A DNA stretch of 64,000 nt, taken from the NCBI GenBank assembly GCA_036012755.1, contig DASCPX010000043.1, forward strand, positions 32,001 to 96,000. Reading direction: 5' to 3'. Every line of letters begins with the position of its first letter. The stretch's first letter is position 1. Under the pieces are notes generated by a model. It worked only from the letters and a program-made list of their open reading frames with translations. It made no database searches and was not told the origin of the DNA. This DNA comes from Myxococcota bacterium. GTDB taxonomy: Bacteria > Myxococcota_A > UBA796 > CAJQPC01. Positions 27,297 to 36,495 of the stretch are shown here, piece by piece. The translations under genes were made by a program, and so were the position numbers.

Positions 27297-30200
27297 ATGG
27301 CATTCGACTGGATCTCCAACCTGTTCTCAGGCGGGTCGGCGAAAGGGCTCTCCGGCCCGGACTCCGAGCCCCTGGATGCGTCCGACTACTACGCATCTCG
27401 ACTCCGCAAGCACAAGTCGCAGGGCGACCTCGTCGATGATCCCTACCTGCTCTGGTCGGACGGGCTGAGGGCCCACCTGAGCGCGCGCGCCGAGGATGGC
27501 TCCACCGACTTCACGGACGTGGTCCTGATCATCAACGAAGAGGACTGGAGTCGCACCTTCCAGCGGGTGTCGGAGCCCTGGACCGACACCGCCGCCAGGC
27601 TGCTCGGCCAGGAGTTCGACTCCTTCTGCCAGGCGGGTGGACTCGAGCTGCCCTACGCGAGCCGCGCCTCGCGCTTCCGCATCGTCCAGGACGGCGGCGC
27701 AAAAATGGAGGGCGAGGACTACGCGCTCGAGGCGGGCGAGTTCATCACGGGGCTCTTGCCCAACATCTACGCGGGCGCCTCCCCGGCCAGCCGCCCCGTC
27801 ATCGCCGTGCACCTCAACCTGCCCGACGTCTGGGACGGCTACCGCGAGGTCGGCCGACTCCACTCGGACCAGGTGAGCTTCACCCTCGGCAACCACTGGC
27901 TCGACAACTTCAGCCACTTCACGCTGCAAGAGCCTGCCCTCTACCGGCTGCAGCAGCACCTCGACGGGAACTTCGTCCACATCATCGATCCCGACCTGCA
28001 GGAGCGGTACAGCGTCGTCAGCAACGACGGCACCGGCGCCAACGTCCTCAGCATCATCGACGCCGACGGCGAGGCGGTCGCGCACCTCGTGCTGGCCCTG
28101 CTCGACTCGATGGTCCCGGACGCCCCGGACATGCCAGCGTCAGAGCCCGACGTCGACGTCGCGGCGTCTCCGGCAATAGACATGCCCCAGCCGCCGGTGG
28201 GGCTGATCGAGCCGATCTCGACCTTGGGCCACGGCTCCAAGACGATCGTCCCGGAGAGCGTGCAGGAGCGCATCTTCTCCCTCCGCGAGCGAGGCGCCCT
28301 GCTCCAGAAGGTCCACTTCCGCAAGTTCATGCAGGGCTACGACGTCTACGTGGGGCCGAACGGCTCCCTGAGCACGGCGCTGATGGACCGCGCGGCCACC
28401 TTCCAGATCCGAAAGGACACGGTCTCCCTGCTGGTCCACAAGCCCGACGTCCTCGTCAACGGAAGAGCCGCGAAGCTGGAGCAGCCGACCCCGCTCTATG
28501 GCTCCACGACCATCAAGGTGGGCGCCCACGAGCTCGTCTACAACGACCTCTCGGATCACCGCCCGGAGCATGGCTGGCCCTACCTGGGCGAGATCCTGCG
28601 CCCGGCCAGCAGCACTCACATGGTCTTTGGCGGCGTCTACAAGGTCGGTCGCGACCGGCGCTGCAAGGTGCAGCTGCCCGACGAGCCCCAGAACGACAAC
28701 ATCGCCTGGCTGCCCGACCTCGCCCACGGCGCGACGATCCGCGCCCGCTCAGGGGAGATCCCGAAGAGCCGCTTCTACACGGACTCGATCATGGTCGCCT
28801 CGGAGCACGCCGAGATCGACCTCACCGCCGACCCGAAGGTCACGTCCATCGCTCGCCACTGCTACAGCTACGTCCGGCGCGGGCGCGAGATCATCGCCCT
28901 GGTTCCCAGCAAGCAGCAGGGCCTGCGCAACACGACGCTGCAGTCCGGGGACGACCTGATGATCGGCAACTGCCTGTTCGAGGTGGGCTACGCGCCAGAG
29001 GATGGCGGATCCGTTGCCCCGGAGGCCCCACCGCCTCCCCCGCCGCCGAAGCTCACCCCGGAGTCCCTCGCCAAGGCCGTCAGCGAGCCAGACGTGGAGC
29101 TCGTCGAGGACCCGCCCCCGGACCAGCCGAACCTCATCGACAAGATCCTCAGCCGCCCCGCGGCCGACCGGCCGGCCCGAGGATCGCTCGACGATCTCCT
29201 CAAGAGCCGCATCAGCGAGGACGACTCGCGCAGCTCGGGGCTCGACGCGCTGCTCAACGAGCGAGGGGTCGACAAGAGCGGCATCTCCTCGAACTTCGAC
29301 GCCCTCCTCGGAGATCGCGCCTCCGACGTCCCTGTCGCCGGCGGGCTCGGCGAGACGGGCAAGGCGCCCCCGGTCCCGGATCTGGGGAAGCCCGCGAGCT
29401 TCGACTCGCTCATCGGAGACACCGCGCCGCCGCAGGTCCTCCAGATCGAGAACGAAGACCCGGTCGGCGACCTCCCAGAGGACAGCACCGACCTGCCGAG
29501 CATCCTCCCGCGCATCGACCAGATCGAGGCCGAAGACCAGCTCGACGAGTCCGGCGAACACTTCGGGCTCCCCTCCCCGGAGAGCCCCCGTCGGGGCGGC
29601 CAGGATGAGTTCGACGTCGCGGACGAAGGCACCGGAGGCCTCGAACGGGTGGTGCCGATCAAGACCTACCCCCAGAAGCAGCTGCCTCCCGACAAGAGCG
29701 AGGAGAAGGCGCCGCTGCCCTCGGCGAAGAGCGTCCCGCTTGGGGCCGGCGGCGAGATCGTCGCCATCGACGACGAAGACGGCGGCGTCGAGCTTGCCCG
29801 TCCAGCGCGGCTCGTGCACATCGGCTGGACGCTGTCAGGAGAGGCGATCCTGGGCAACTACCAGGGATGCACGGGCGTGATCCCGGAGACTCGCTACGAG
29901 GACGACCAGAAGTTCGCGAGGGCGGAGTACGTCCGCTTGAAGGTGCGCGGCCGCCGGGCGAAGGCAGAGGTGCTCAACGAGACCGAAGCGCGGCTCAACA
30001 AGGGCGATACGTCAGTGTCGACCGTCAAGGACCTCGCCGGCGTGCGCATCGAGATCATCCGCCGTGACGAGGAAGGTGACGAGGACTTCAGCGTCTTCCT
30101 CGACCTGGACGCCAGCGTGAAGCTGCCTGATCCACGCGCCAGGCTCCTGGCTGTCGACCACAGCGACGACATCGTCGCCGCGCTCTTCGTACGCGGACTC

Positions 30201-30446
30201 CCCCTGCGCGCCGACCGCCGCATCGCCCTCGGCCCGATCCGGGTGGTGGCCCACTTCGACGGCTCCAACCTCAGGCTCCAGGACTACATCGACACCTACC
30301 GGAAGAGCGACGGCTACGAGCCCTTCTTCCTGAAGAGCGGCGACGACCGCTTCCGCACCGCCCCAGAGGACGGCGGCACCATCTCTTTGTCCCCGGGCGA
30401 CCTGCTCATCGCAGGGAGCGCGGTCTACCGCTTCGAGATGGCCTAG
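27297..30446 (+). CDS. large cytoplasmic protein with FHA-like domain(s)
   Basis: 1049-aa ORF; 'KVGRDRRC...VASEHAEI...LQSGDDLMIGNCLFEV' is FHA-like; C-terminus 'LSPGDLLIAGSAVYRF'; acidic/Pro linkers. Confidence 0.75.
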   Translation: MAFDWISNLFSGGSAKGLSGPDSEPLDASDYYASRLRKHKSQGDLVDDPYLLWSDGLRAHLSARAEDGSTDFTDVVLIINEEDWSRTFQRVSEPWTDTAARLLGQEFDSFCQAGGLELPYASRASRFRIVQDGGAKMEGEDYALEAGEFITGLLPNIYAGASPASRPVIAVHLNLPDVWDGYREVGRLHSDQVSFTLGNHWLDNFSHFTLQEPALYRLQQHLDGNFVHIIDPDLQERYSVVSNDGTGANVLSIIDADGEAVAHLVLALLDSMVPDAPDMPASEPDVDVAASPAIDMPQPPVGLIEPISTLGHGSKTIVPESVQERIFSLRERGALLQKVHFRKFMQGYDVYVGPNGSLSTALMDRAATFQIRKDTVSLLVHKPDVLVNGRAAKLEQPTPLYGSTTIKVGAHELVYNDLSDHRPEHGWPYLGEILRPASSTHMVFGGVYKVGRDRRCKVQLPDEPQNDNIAWLPDLAHGATIRARSGEIPKSRFYTDSIMVASEHAEIDLTADPKVTSIARHCYSYVRRGREIIALVPSKQQGLRNTTLQSGDDLMIGNCLFEVGYAPEDGGSVAPEAPPPPPPPKLTPESLAKAVSEPDVELVEDPPPDQPNLIDKILSRPAADRPARGSLDDLLKSRISEDDSRSSGLDALLNERGVDKSGISSNFDALLGDRASDVPVAGGLGETGKAPPVPDLGKPASFDSLIGDTAPPQVLQIENEDPVGDLPEDSTDLPSILPRIDQIEAEDQLDESGEHFGLPSPESPRRGGQDEFDVADEGTGGLERVVPIKTYPQKQLPPDKSEEKAPLPSAKSVPLGAGGEIVAIDDEDGGVELARPARLVHIGWTLSGEAILGNYQGCTGVIPETRYEDDQKFARAEYVRLKVRGRRAKAEVLNETEARLNKGDTSVSTVKDLAGVRIEIIRRDEEGDEDFSVFLDLDASVKLPDPRARLLAVDHSDDIVAALFVRGLPLRADRRIALGPIRVVAHFDGSNLRLQDYIDTYRKSDGYEPFFLKSGDDRFRTAPEDGGTISLSPGDLLIAGSAVYRFEMA

Positions 30447-30464
30447 GAGCACCAATCAGGTTCT

Positions 30465-31496
30465 CTAGCCCGCAGCCTCCATCCACGCCGGGGGCCGGGC
30501 GATGTCTCGACCACGGCGCCAGTCGGCGAGGACACGGTCGCGGAGCAGCGCGGCGAAGGGATCGAGGACGCGGAGATCATCGAGGTCGACGTGCAGGTCA
30601 CGGATGCCCTGGAACACGGCGACGTCAGCGCCTGCGTGACCGGGAAGGATGCCGCCGAGCACCATGCCGTGGCCCTTCCAGGCCAGCGTAGCCGCTGCCG
30701 TGAAGGGGGTCTCCAGCGGGGAATGCACGGTGACGTGGCGTATGTGTCCGCCCATCAGCCAGCGGAAGCGCTCCAGGACCCGCTCTTCGAGGTCGGGACC
30801 CGCCCGCACGACGTGGATTCGTCCAATCTGGCGACTGGGATCGAAGTGGACGCGCACGTCGGTCGCCGCGGCGAGGCGGTGGGAGCCGCAGTCCTCGACG
30901 AACAGGCGCTTCTCGGCGAGGTTCTCGTAGAGGGCGTCGTAGACGTCCCGATCCTGGCGCGGCAGGTAGACCTTCTGCTCGGGGCTGTCCGCGAGCGCGA
31001 GGTATGCGGTGAGGATCGACAGTGGGCGGCCTTGCCCAGCCCTGGGGATCGCGCCGAGCGACAGCGCGGTGGGCACGGCGCCCATCGCTCGGGCGAGGCG
31101 CTGGACCTCCACCTCGTCGGTCCGACAGCGGAACAGGAGCCCGCAGATGTCCCTGGTCCCAGCCCAGCCATAGAGCGCGGTCGTAAGGCGCTGGCGAACG
31201 CCGCTGCCCTTCACGTCCGGATGGATGATGTCGAGCCCGACGACGCGGTTGTTCCTCTCGATGGGCGTGTCCGCCTCGTCGAAGTGCGGAGCGATTGCCG
31301 CGAGGTGACCCACGCAGCGCGGGCCGACCATGGCGACGAAGCTGCGCACGTGGCCGCCGCGGTTTCGCGCGAGGATCTCCTCGGGTCGGTACAGCCAGCC
31401 CCTGTGATGAGTCAGCCCCTGGGTCTCGTAGACCAGCCGGGCAAGCGCCCTGGCCTGATCTTCCGACTCCAGGAGCACAACGCGCACGTTCAGCAT
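30465..31496 (-). CDS. GNAT-fold-like hypothetical protein
   Basis: 'SFVAMVGPRCVGHL...IIHPDVKGSGVRQRL' resembles GNAT motif A. GGAGG RBS. Confidence 0.6.
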   Translation of the reverse strand: MLNVRVVLLESEDQARALARLVYETQGLTHHRGWLYRPEEILARNRGGHVRSFVAMVGPRCVGHLAAIAPHFDEADTPIERNNRVVGLDIIHPDVKGSGVRQRLTTALYGWAGTRDICGLLFRCRTDEVEVQRLARAMGAVPTALSLGAIPRAGQGRPLSILTAYLALADSPEQKVYLPRQDRDVYDALYENLAEKRLFVEDCGSHRLAAATDVRVHFDPSRQIGRIHVVRAGPDLEERVLERFRWLMGGHIRHVTVHSPLETPFTAAATLAWKGHGMVLGGILPGHAGADVAVFQGIRDLHVDLDDLRVLDPFAALLRDRVLADWRRGRDIARPPAWMEAAG

Positions 31497-31564
31497 CGCT
31501 CCTCCAGGCCCTTGCGGGCTCGCCCCCAGAAACGGATCGGCGGGGGCGCGCCATTAGGGCCCGC

Positions 31565-32491
31565 TCAGAGCCGGATTAGCTCCACCCTGCGGCCCACGGA
31601 GACCTCCAGCCGCTGCACGCCGGCGTGGAAGTCGCCGTCCACCATGAAGCCCAGCGGCTCCTCCGCTTCGATCTCCAGCCGGTGGCCCAGTCCCCCGACG
31701 ATGTCCGGGTGCTTCATCGGCTGGCCCCGGTACATGTTCCAGAGCTCACCGGTGAGCGAAAACGGCGAGCACCCGATGCCGACGGCGTGGAGGTAGCCCG
31801 GGTGATCCGGCGCGAGGTGGAAGGGGCGGAAGCCGAGCCCGATGTCGTCGACCGTCGCCGCCGCGATGGTGAGATAGGGCAGCTCGGGCAACTCCTTGCC
31901 GTCGAGGCGGACCCGCGCACGGACCGGCGCCGCGACCTTCCGGACCAGGCGGCCCTGCACAACCGCAGAGGCGACGGTGCGGGCGAGCAGCCAGGCAGCC
32001 CTCGCAGGGGTGGGGTCGGGATCCTCGTAGTAGATCTCCAGCCAGTTGGCGATCAGCCCGTTTCCGAAGATGAACCCTGCGTATTCGTTCACGCGCAGCA
32101 GGCTCCGCGTCACGATCCTCAGGGGCATCTCGCGGTGATACAGACTGGTCAGGCGCCCGAGGAGCTCCTGGGGGGTGCCGCGAATCCCCAGCCCTGAAGC
32201 CACCGTGTTCATGGTCCCGCCGCGCAACAGCGCGATGCGTGGGAGCGGTCGCTGTCCATAGGCCTTCACCAGGGCCGTCAGCACGGCGTGGTTCGTGCCG
32301 TCTCCGCCGTTGATGGCGACGATCTCGATGCCATGATCCCGGAAGTGCTCGGCGACGCCGTCGAGGGCGTCGAGGTCCGAGGGCGCCGCGAGCGTGCCCT
32401 TCTCGCCGAGCACGTAGGCCAGTCGCTCCGCCAGCTCCGGATTGCGCCGGTTGTGCCGCGACCGGGGGTTCGAGATGACACCGATGCCCAT
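31565..32491 (-). CDS. diacylglycerol/lipid kinase family protein
   Basis: 'ISNPRS', 'NGGDGT', 'LRGGTMNTVA', 'FMVDGD'. Confidence 0.9.
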   Translation of the reverse strand: MGIGVISNPRSRHNRRNPELAERLAYVLGEKGTLAAPSDLDALDGVAEHFRDHGIEIVAINGGDGTNHAVLTALVKAYGQRPLPRIALLRGGTMNTVASGLGIRGTPQELLGRLTSLYHREMPLRIVTRSLLRVNEYAGFIFGNGLIANWLEIYYEDPDPTPARAAWLLARTVASAVVQGRLVRKVAAPVRARVRLDGKELPELPYLTIAAATVDDIGLGFRPFHLAPDHPGYLHAVGIGCSPFSLTGELWNMYRGQPMKHPDIVGGLGHRLEIEAEEPLGFMVDGDFHAGVQRLEVSVGRRVELIRL

Positions 32492-32498
32492 CGGCCCG

Positions 32499-32508
32499 AT
32501 GCTACCGT
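32499..32508. promoter_or_regulatory. overlapping bidirectional -10 elements (TAGCAT minus / TACCGT plus)
   Basis: In ATGCTACCGT both hexamers share the central TA and sit 7 and 8 nt before the divergent ATGs at 32491 and 32517. Confidence 0.55.
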
Positions 32509-32516
32509 CGAGCCCG

Positions 32517-33260
32517 ATGCGGGTCCTCGTCACCACGGATCGCCAGGACGGCGGAGGCTCCCTCGACGAGGCTCGCCGACCTTCGGGTTTGGCAACGCTT
32601 CGCCCCGTCGACGGAGCTCGCGTGCGCCCGCGACAGCCCAGGGCATGGGTGAAGGAGGCCGTCATAGACGCGGTGCGCCAGGCCGGGGGCGTGCCCCTGC
32701 TGTTGCCCCCCGGCGAGACCGACCTGAAGGCCGCCTTGGAGGGCATCCACGCCGTCGTCATCACCGGCGGCGACTTCGACATCCACCCGCGCCACTACGG
32801 AGCCGAACCCCACCCGAAGCTCGGGAACACCGACGACAAGCGCACCGCGACGGAGCTCGCCCTGGCGACCCTGGCGCTGAACGACGACATCCGGGTCCTC
32901 GGCATCTGCGGAGGCATGCAGATCCTGGCGGTGGCCGCCGGCGGCACGCTCGTCCAGGACATCGATGCAGAGGTCCCCGGCGCAGCCGAGCACCAGCAAC
33001 CAACCGACCCCTCGGAGGGCTGGCATCGCCTCGTGGTCCAGCCCGGCATGCTCAGGCGCCTGATCGGTCCCACTCCAGTGGTGAACTCGACCCACCACCA
33101 GGCCGTCGACCATCCCGGCAGGCTCCGCGTCGCCGCGCTGGCCGAAGACGGGATCGTCGAGGCGGTCGAGGCCCCCGACCACCGCTTCTGTCTCGGGGTC
33201 CAGTGGCACCCGGAGTTCCTCGGTACACAGGAGAGGCTCTTCAGGGCGTTGCTGAGTTAG
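32517..33260 (+). CDS. gamma-glutamyl-gamma-aminobutyrate hydrolase-like class I amidotransferase (peptidase C26)
   Basis: 'AGGVPLLLPP', 'TGGDFDIHP', 'LGICGGMQ', 'GGTLVQD', 'VNSTHHQAV', 'GVQWHPE'. Confidence 0.9.
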   Translation: MRVLVTTDRQDGGGSLDEARRPSGLATLRPVDGARVRPRQPRAWVKEAVIDAVRQAGGVPLLLPPGETDLKAALEGIHAVVITGGDFDIHPRHYGAEPHPKLGNTDDKRTATELALATLALNDDIRVLGICGGMQILAVAAGGTLVQDIDAEVPGAAEHQQPTDPSEGWHRLVVQPGMLRRLIGPTPVVNSTHHQAVDHPGRLRVAALAEDGIVEAVEAPDHRFCLGVQWHPEFLGTQERLFRALLS

Positions 33261-33281
33261 GGCCAGGACCCTGGAGGTCCC

Positions 33282-35408
33282 ATGATCCTGTTGCTGCTGT
33301 CCGCTTGCCCCAAGCCCCAGCCCGCCGACGAGGTCCTCGCCCTGACGGCCCCCGCTTCGATCTACCCGGAGACGATGAAAGGCGACGTGGTCGACGACTA
33401 CCACGGCACCCCAGTGCCGGATCCCTACCGCTGGCTCGAGGACAGCGAAGCCGAGGACGTCCGCGCCTGGATCGACGCGGAGAACAGACTCACAAAGGCC
33501 TACCTCGGCCAGATCGACGAGCGGGAGCGCATTCGAGCACGGATGACCGAGCTCTGGGACTACGAGCGGTACTCGATCCCCTACGAGGAAGGAGGGAGGT
33601 ACTTCTGGAGCCACAACGACGGCCTCCAGAACCAGTCCGTTGTCTACGTCGCCGACTCGCCCGAGGCCGAGGGCCGCGTGCTGCTGGACCCCAACACCCT
33701 CTCAGAGGACGGAACCGTAGCGCTCTCGGGCACCTGGGTGAGCGAGGACGGCAGGTACCTCGCCTACGGCGTCTCCGACGCGGGCAGCGACTGGAAGACC
33801 ATCCAGGTCATGGAGATCGAGACCGGGGACGTCCTCGACGACAAGATCGAGTGGGTCAAGTTCTCTGGCGCGTCCTGGACCCACGACGGCAAGGGCTTCT
33901 TCTACAGCCGCTTCGACGAGCCGACCGACGAGGGCCTGGAGTCGATCAACTACTACCAGAAACTGTTCTACCACCGCATCGGAACGGACCAGTCAGAGGA
34001 CGAGCTCGTCTTCCACAACCCCGACGAGAAGCGCTGGGGCTTCTATGCGGGAATCACCGAGGACGGGCGCTACGCGGTGATCTACAACTGGGAAGGGACC
34101 GACCGGAACAACCGCATCTTCTACAAGGACCTCGCCAAGGGCGGCGAGGTGGTCCCATTCCTGATGGACTTCGACGCCAGCTACGCTGTCATCGGGAACG
34201 ACGGCACCCGCTGGTACATCGAGACGGACAAGGACGCCCCGAAGAAGATGGTGGTGGCGTACGACCTCGAGCGACCCGCCAAGAAGCCCGAGATCCTCAT
34301 CCCCGAGAGCGAGGATCCGCTGCGTGGTTGCAGCATGCTCAACGAGCAGTTCGTCTGCAGCTACCTCCACGACGTGAAGACACAGGTCAAGGTCTTCGAC
34401 CTGAAGGGCAAGCCGGTGCGCGACGTGGAGTTGCCCGGCATCGGCTCCGCCTGGGGCTTCGGCGGGGACCGCGAAGACACCGAGACGTTCTACAGCTTCA
34501 CATCGTTCACCACACCCGGCACGATCTATCGCTACGACATGAAGTCCGGAGAGAGCACGCTGTTTCGCGCCCCCGACGTCTCGATGCCAGAGGGCGAGTA
34601 CGTGACGACGCAGGTCTTCTACCCGTCAAAGGACGGAACGAAGATCCCGATGTTCATCACGCACAGAACCGGCGTGGAACTCGACGGAGAAAACCCCGCC
34701 TTTCTCTCCGGCTATGGCGGCTTCGACATCTCGATCACGCCCTACTACTCCACCGTCAACCGGGTCTGGCTCGAGATGGGTGGCGTGCTGGCCATCGCGA
34801 ACCTCCGCGGCGGCGGCGAGTACGGTGCGGACTGGCACGACGCCGGGCGCCTGAAGAACAAGCAGAACGTCTTCGACGACTTCCACGCCGCGGCGGAGTA
34901 CCTCATCGCAGAGGGCTACACGACCACGGACCACCTCGGCATCGGCGGACGCAGCAACGGCGGACTCCTGGTCGGGGCCGCCATCACACAGCGTCCGGAT
35001 CTGTACGGCGCGGCGCTCCCCGGTGTCGGCGTGCTCGACATGCTGCGTTTCCACGAGTTCACGATCGGACACGCCTGGACGTCCGACTACGGCGACCCGG
35101 ACGATCCCGAGATGTTCCCGGTCCTCTTTGCATACAGTCCCTATCACAACGTAGAGGACGGGAAGGAGTACCCACCGACCCTGATCACGACCGGCGACCA
35201 CGACGACCGCGTGGTGCCAGGGCACAGCTTCAAGTTCGCGGCCCGCATGCAGGAGGCCCAGGCCGGCGGTGACCCGGTGCTGATCCGGATCGAGACCCGG
35301 GCTGGTCACGGCGCTGGAAAGCCCACCGAGCTGCAGATCGCGGAGTGGACCGACCAGTGGGCCTTCCTAGTCAAGAACCTGGGGGTCATACTGCCAGAGG
35401 AGTTCTGA
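33282..35408 (+). CDS. prolyl oligopeptidase (S9A), lipoprotein
   Basis: 'DPYRWLE', 'YGGF', 'NLRGGGEYG', 'KQNVFDDF', GRSNGG nucleophile, 'DHDDRVVPGHS', 'AGHGAGKP'. GGAGG RBS. Confidence 0.95.
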   Translation: MILLLLSACPKPQPADEVLALTAPASIYPETMKGDVVDDYHGTPVPDPYRWLEDSEAEDVRAWIDAENRLTKAYLGQIDERERIRARMTELWDYERYSIPYEEGGRYFWSHNDGLQNQSVVYVADSPEAEGRVLLDPNTLSEDGTVALSGTWVSEDGRYLAYGVSDAGSDWKTIQVMEIETGDVLDDKIEWVKFSGASWTHDGKGFFYSRFDEPTDEGLESINYYQKLFYHRIGTDQSEDELVFHNPDEKRWGFYAGITEDGRYAVIYNWEGTDRNNRIFYKDLAKGGEVVPFLMDFDASYAVIGNDGTRWYIETDKDAPKKMVVAYDLERPAKKPEILIPESEDPLRGCSMLNEQFVCSYLHDVKTQVKVFDLKGKPVRDVELPGIGSAWGFGGDREDTETFYSFTSFTTPGTIYRYDMKSGESTLFRAPDVSMPEGEYVTTQVFYPSKDGTKIPMFITHRTGVELDGENPAFLSGYGGFDISITPYYSTVNRVWLEMGGVLAIANLRGGGEYGADWHDAGRLKNKQNVFDDFHAAAEYLIAEGYTTTDHLGIGGRSNGGLLVGAAITQRPDLYGAALPGVGVLDMLRFHEFTIGHAWTSDYGDPDDPEMFPVLFAYSPYHNVEDGKEYPPTLITTGDHDDRVVPGHSFKFAARMQEAQAGGDPVLIRIETRAGHGAGKPTELQIAEWTDQWAFLVKNLGVILPEEF

Positions 35409-36487
35409 TGAACCGCCGCCGCCTCCTGCAAGGACTCAGCGCGCTTCCCATCGTGGGATGCGGCAGCGGGGTCGACACCGGCGCCGACCCCAGTCCCTTC
35501 GACAGCGGCTCGCTTCCCGGCACGCCGCAGGAAGCGGGCTTCCGCATGCCAGCCGAGTGGGAGGCGCACGACAGCTGCATCATGGCCTTCCCCACCGGGT
35601 CGAGCTGGCTCAAGGGCCGCGAGCTCGACAGCGCCCGCACCGAGTGGGCAGACACGGCCAACGCCGTAGCCGAGTTCGAGCCCGTCACCATGGTGGTGAA
35701 CCCAGGGGACGACTCGACGGCGCAGGCGCTGCTCGACTCGCAGATCGAGCGCATCGAGATCGACATCGACGACGCCTGGACCCGGGACACGGCGCCGCTG
35801 GTCCTCGTCGACGACCAGGGCAACCGAAGCTGCGCAGCCTTCGGCTTCAACGGCTGGGGAGAGAAGCAGGACTACGAAAAAGACGCGGCGCTCAAGCACC
35901 ACCTGGCCGAGCACCTGGGCCTGGAGTCCTGGGTCATCGACGCCATCCTCGAGGGGGGCGCCATCACCGTGGACGGCCTCGGAAACTGCATCACCACCGA
36001 GCAGTGTCTCCTGGAGGAGAGCCGCGGCCTCCAGGACAAGGGAGCCTGGGAGCAGCTCCAGTTCGAGAACCTGGCGGTCGACAAGACGATCTGGCTACCT
36101 TCGGGGATCGTGCCGGATCCGATCACGGACGGACACGTCGACGGCATCTGTGTCTTCGTCGAACCAGGAACCGTGATGGTCAGCATGACGGACTACGAAC
36201 CCGACCCGAACTACACGATCTGCCAGGACGCCATCGCGCAGCTGAAGGCGGAGGGGTTGGAGGTCATCGAGCTGTTGATGGGCATGAAGGTGCTTCACAT
36301 CAACTTCTACATCTGCAACGGCGGCGTGGTCGTGCCCATCGCCGGCTCGGACCGCGAGGACGACCAGGCGCTCTCCCAGATTCGCAACTTCTTCAGCGAC
36401 CGCACCGTGAGGACCGTCGAGGCGATCACGATCAACGGTCTCGGCGGGGGCATCCACTGCATCACCCAGCAGGTGCCGTCGGCGTAG
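35408..36487 (+). CDS. agmatine/peptidylarginine deiminase family, Tat lipoprotein
   Basis: N-terminus MNRRRLL...IVGC; 'MPAEWEAH', 'DAWTRD', 'FNGWG', 'LEGG', 'TDGHVD', 'GGGIHCITQQ'. TGATG coupling. Confidence 0.9.
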   Translation: MNRRRLLQGLSALPIVGCGSGVDTGADPSPFDSGSLPGTPQEAGFRMPAEWEAHDSCIMAFPTGSSWLKGRELDSARTEWADTANAVAEFEPVTMVVNPGDDSTAQALLDSQIERIEIDIDDAWTRDTAPLVLVDDQGNRSCAAFGFNGWGEKQDYEKDAALKHHLAEHLGLESWVIDAILEGGAITVDGLGNCITTEQCLLEESRGLQDKGAWEQLQFENLAVDKTIWLPSGIVPDPITDGHVDGICVFVEPGTVMVSMTDYEPDPNYTICQDAIAQLKAEGLEVIELLMGMKVLHINFYICNGGVVVPIAGSDREDDQALSQIRNFFSDRTVRTVEAITINGLGGGIHCITQQVPSA

Positions 36488-36495
36488 TATCCGGC

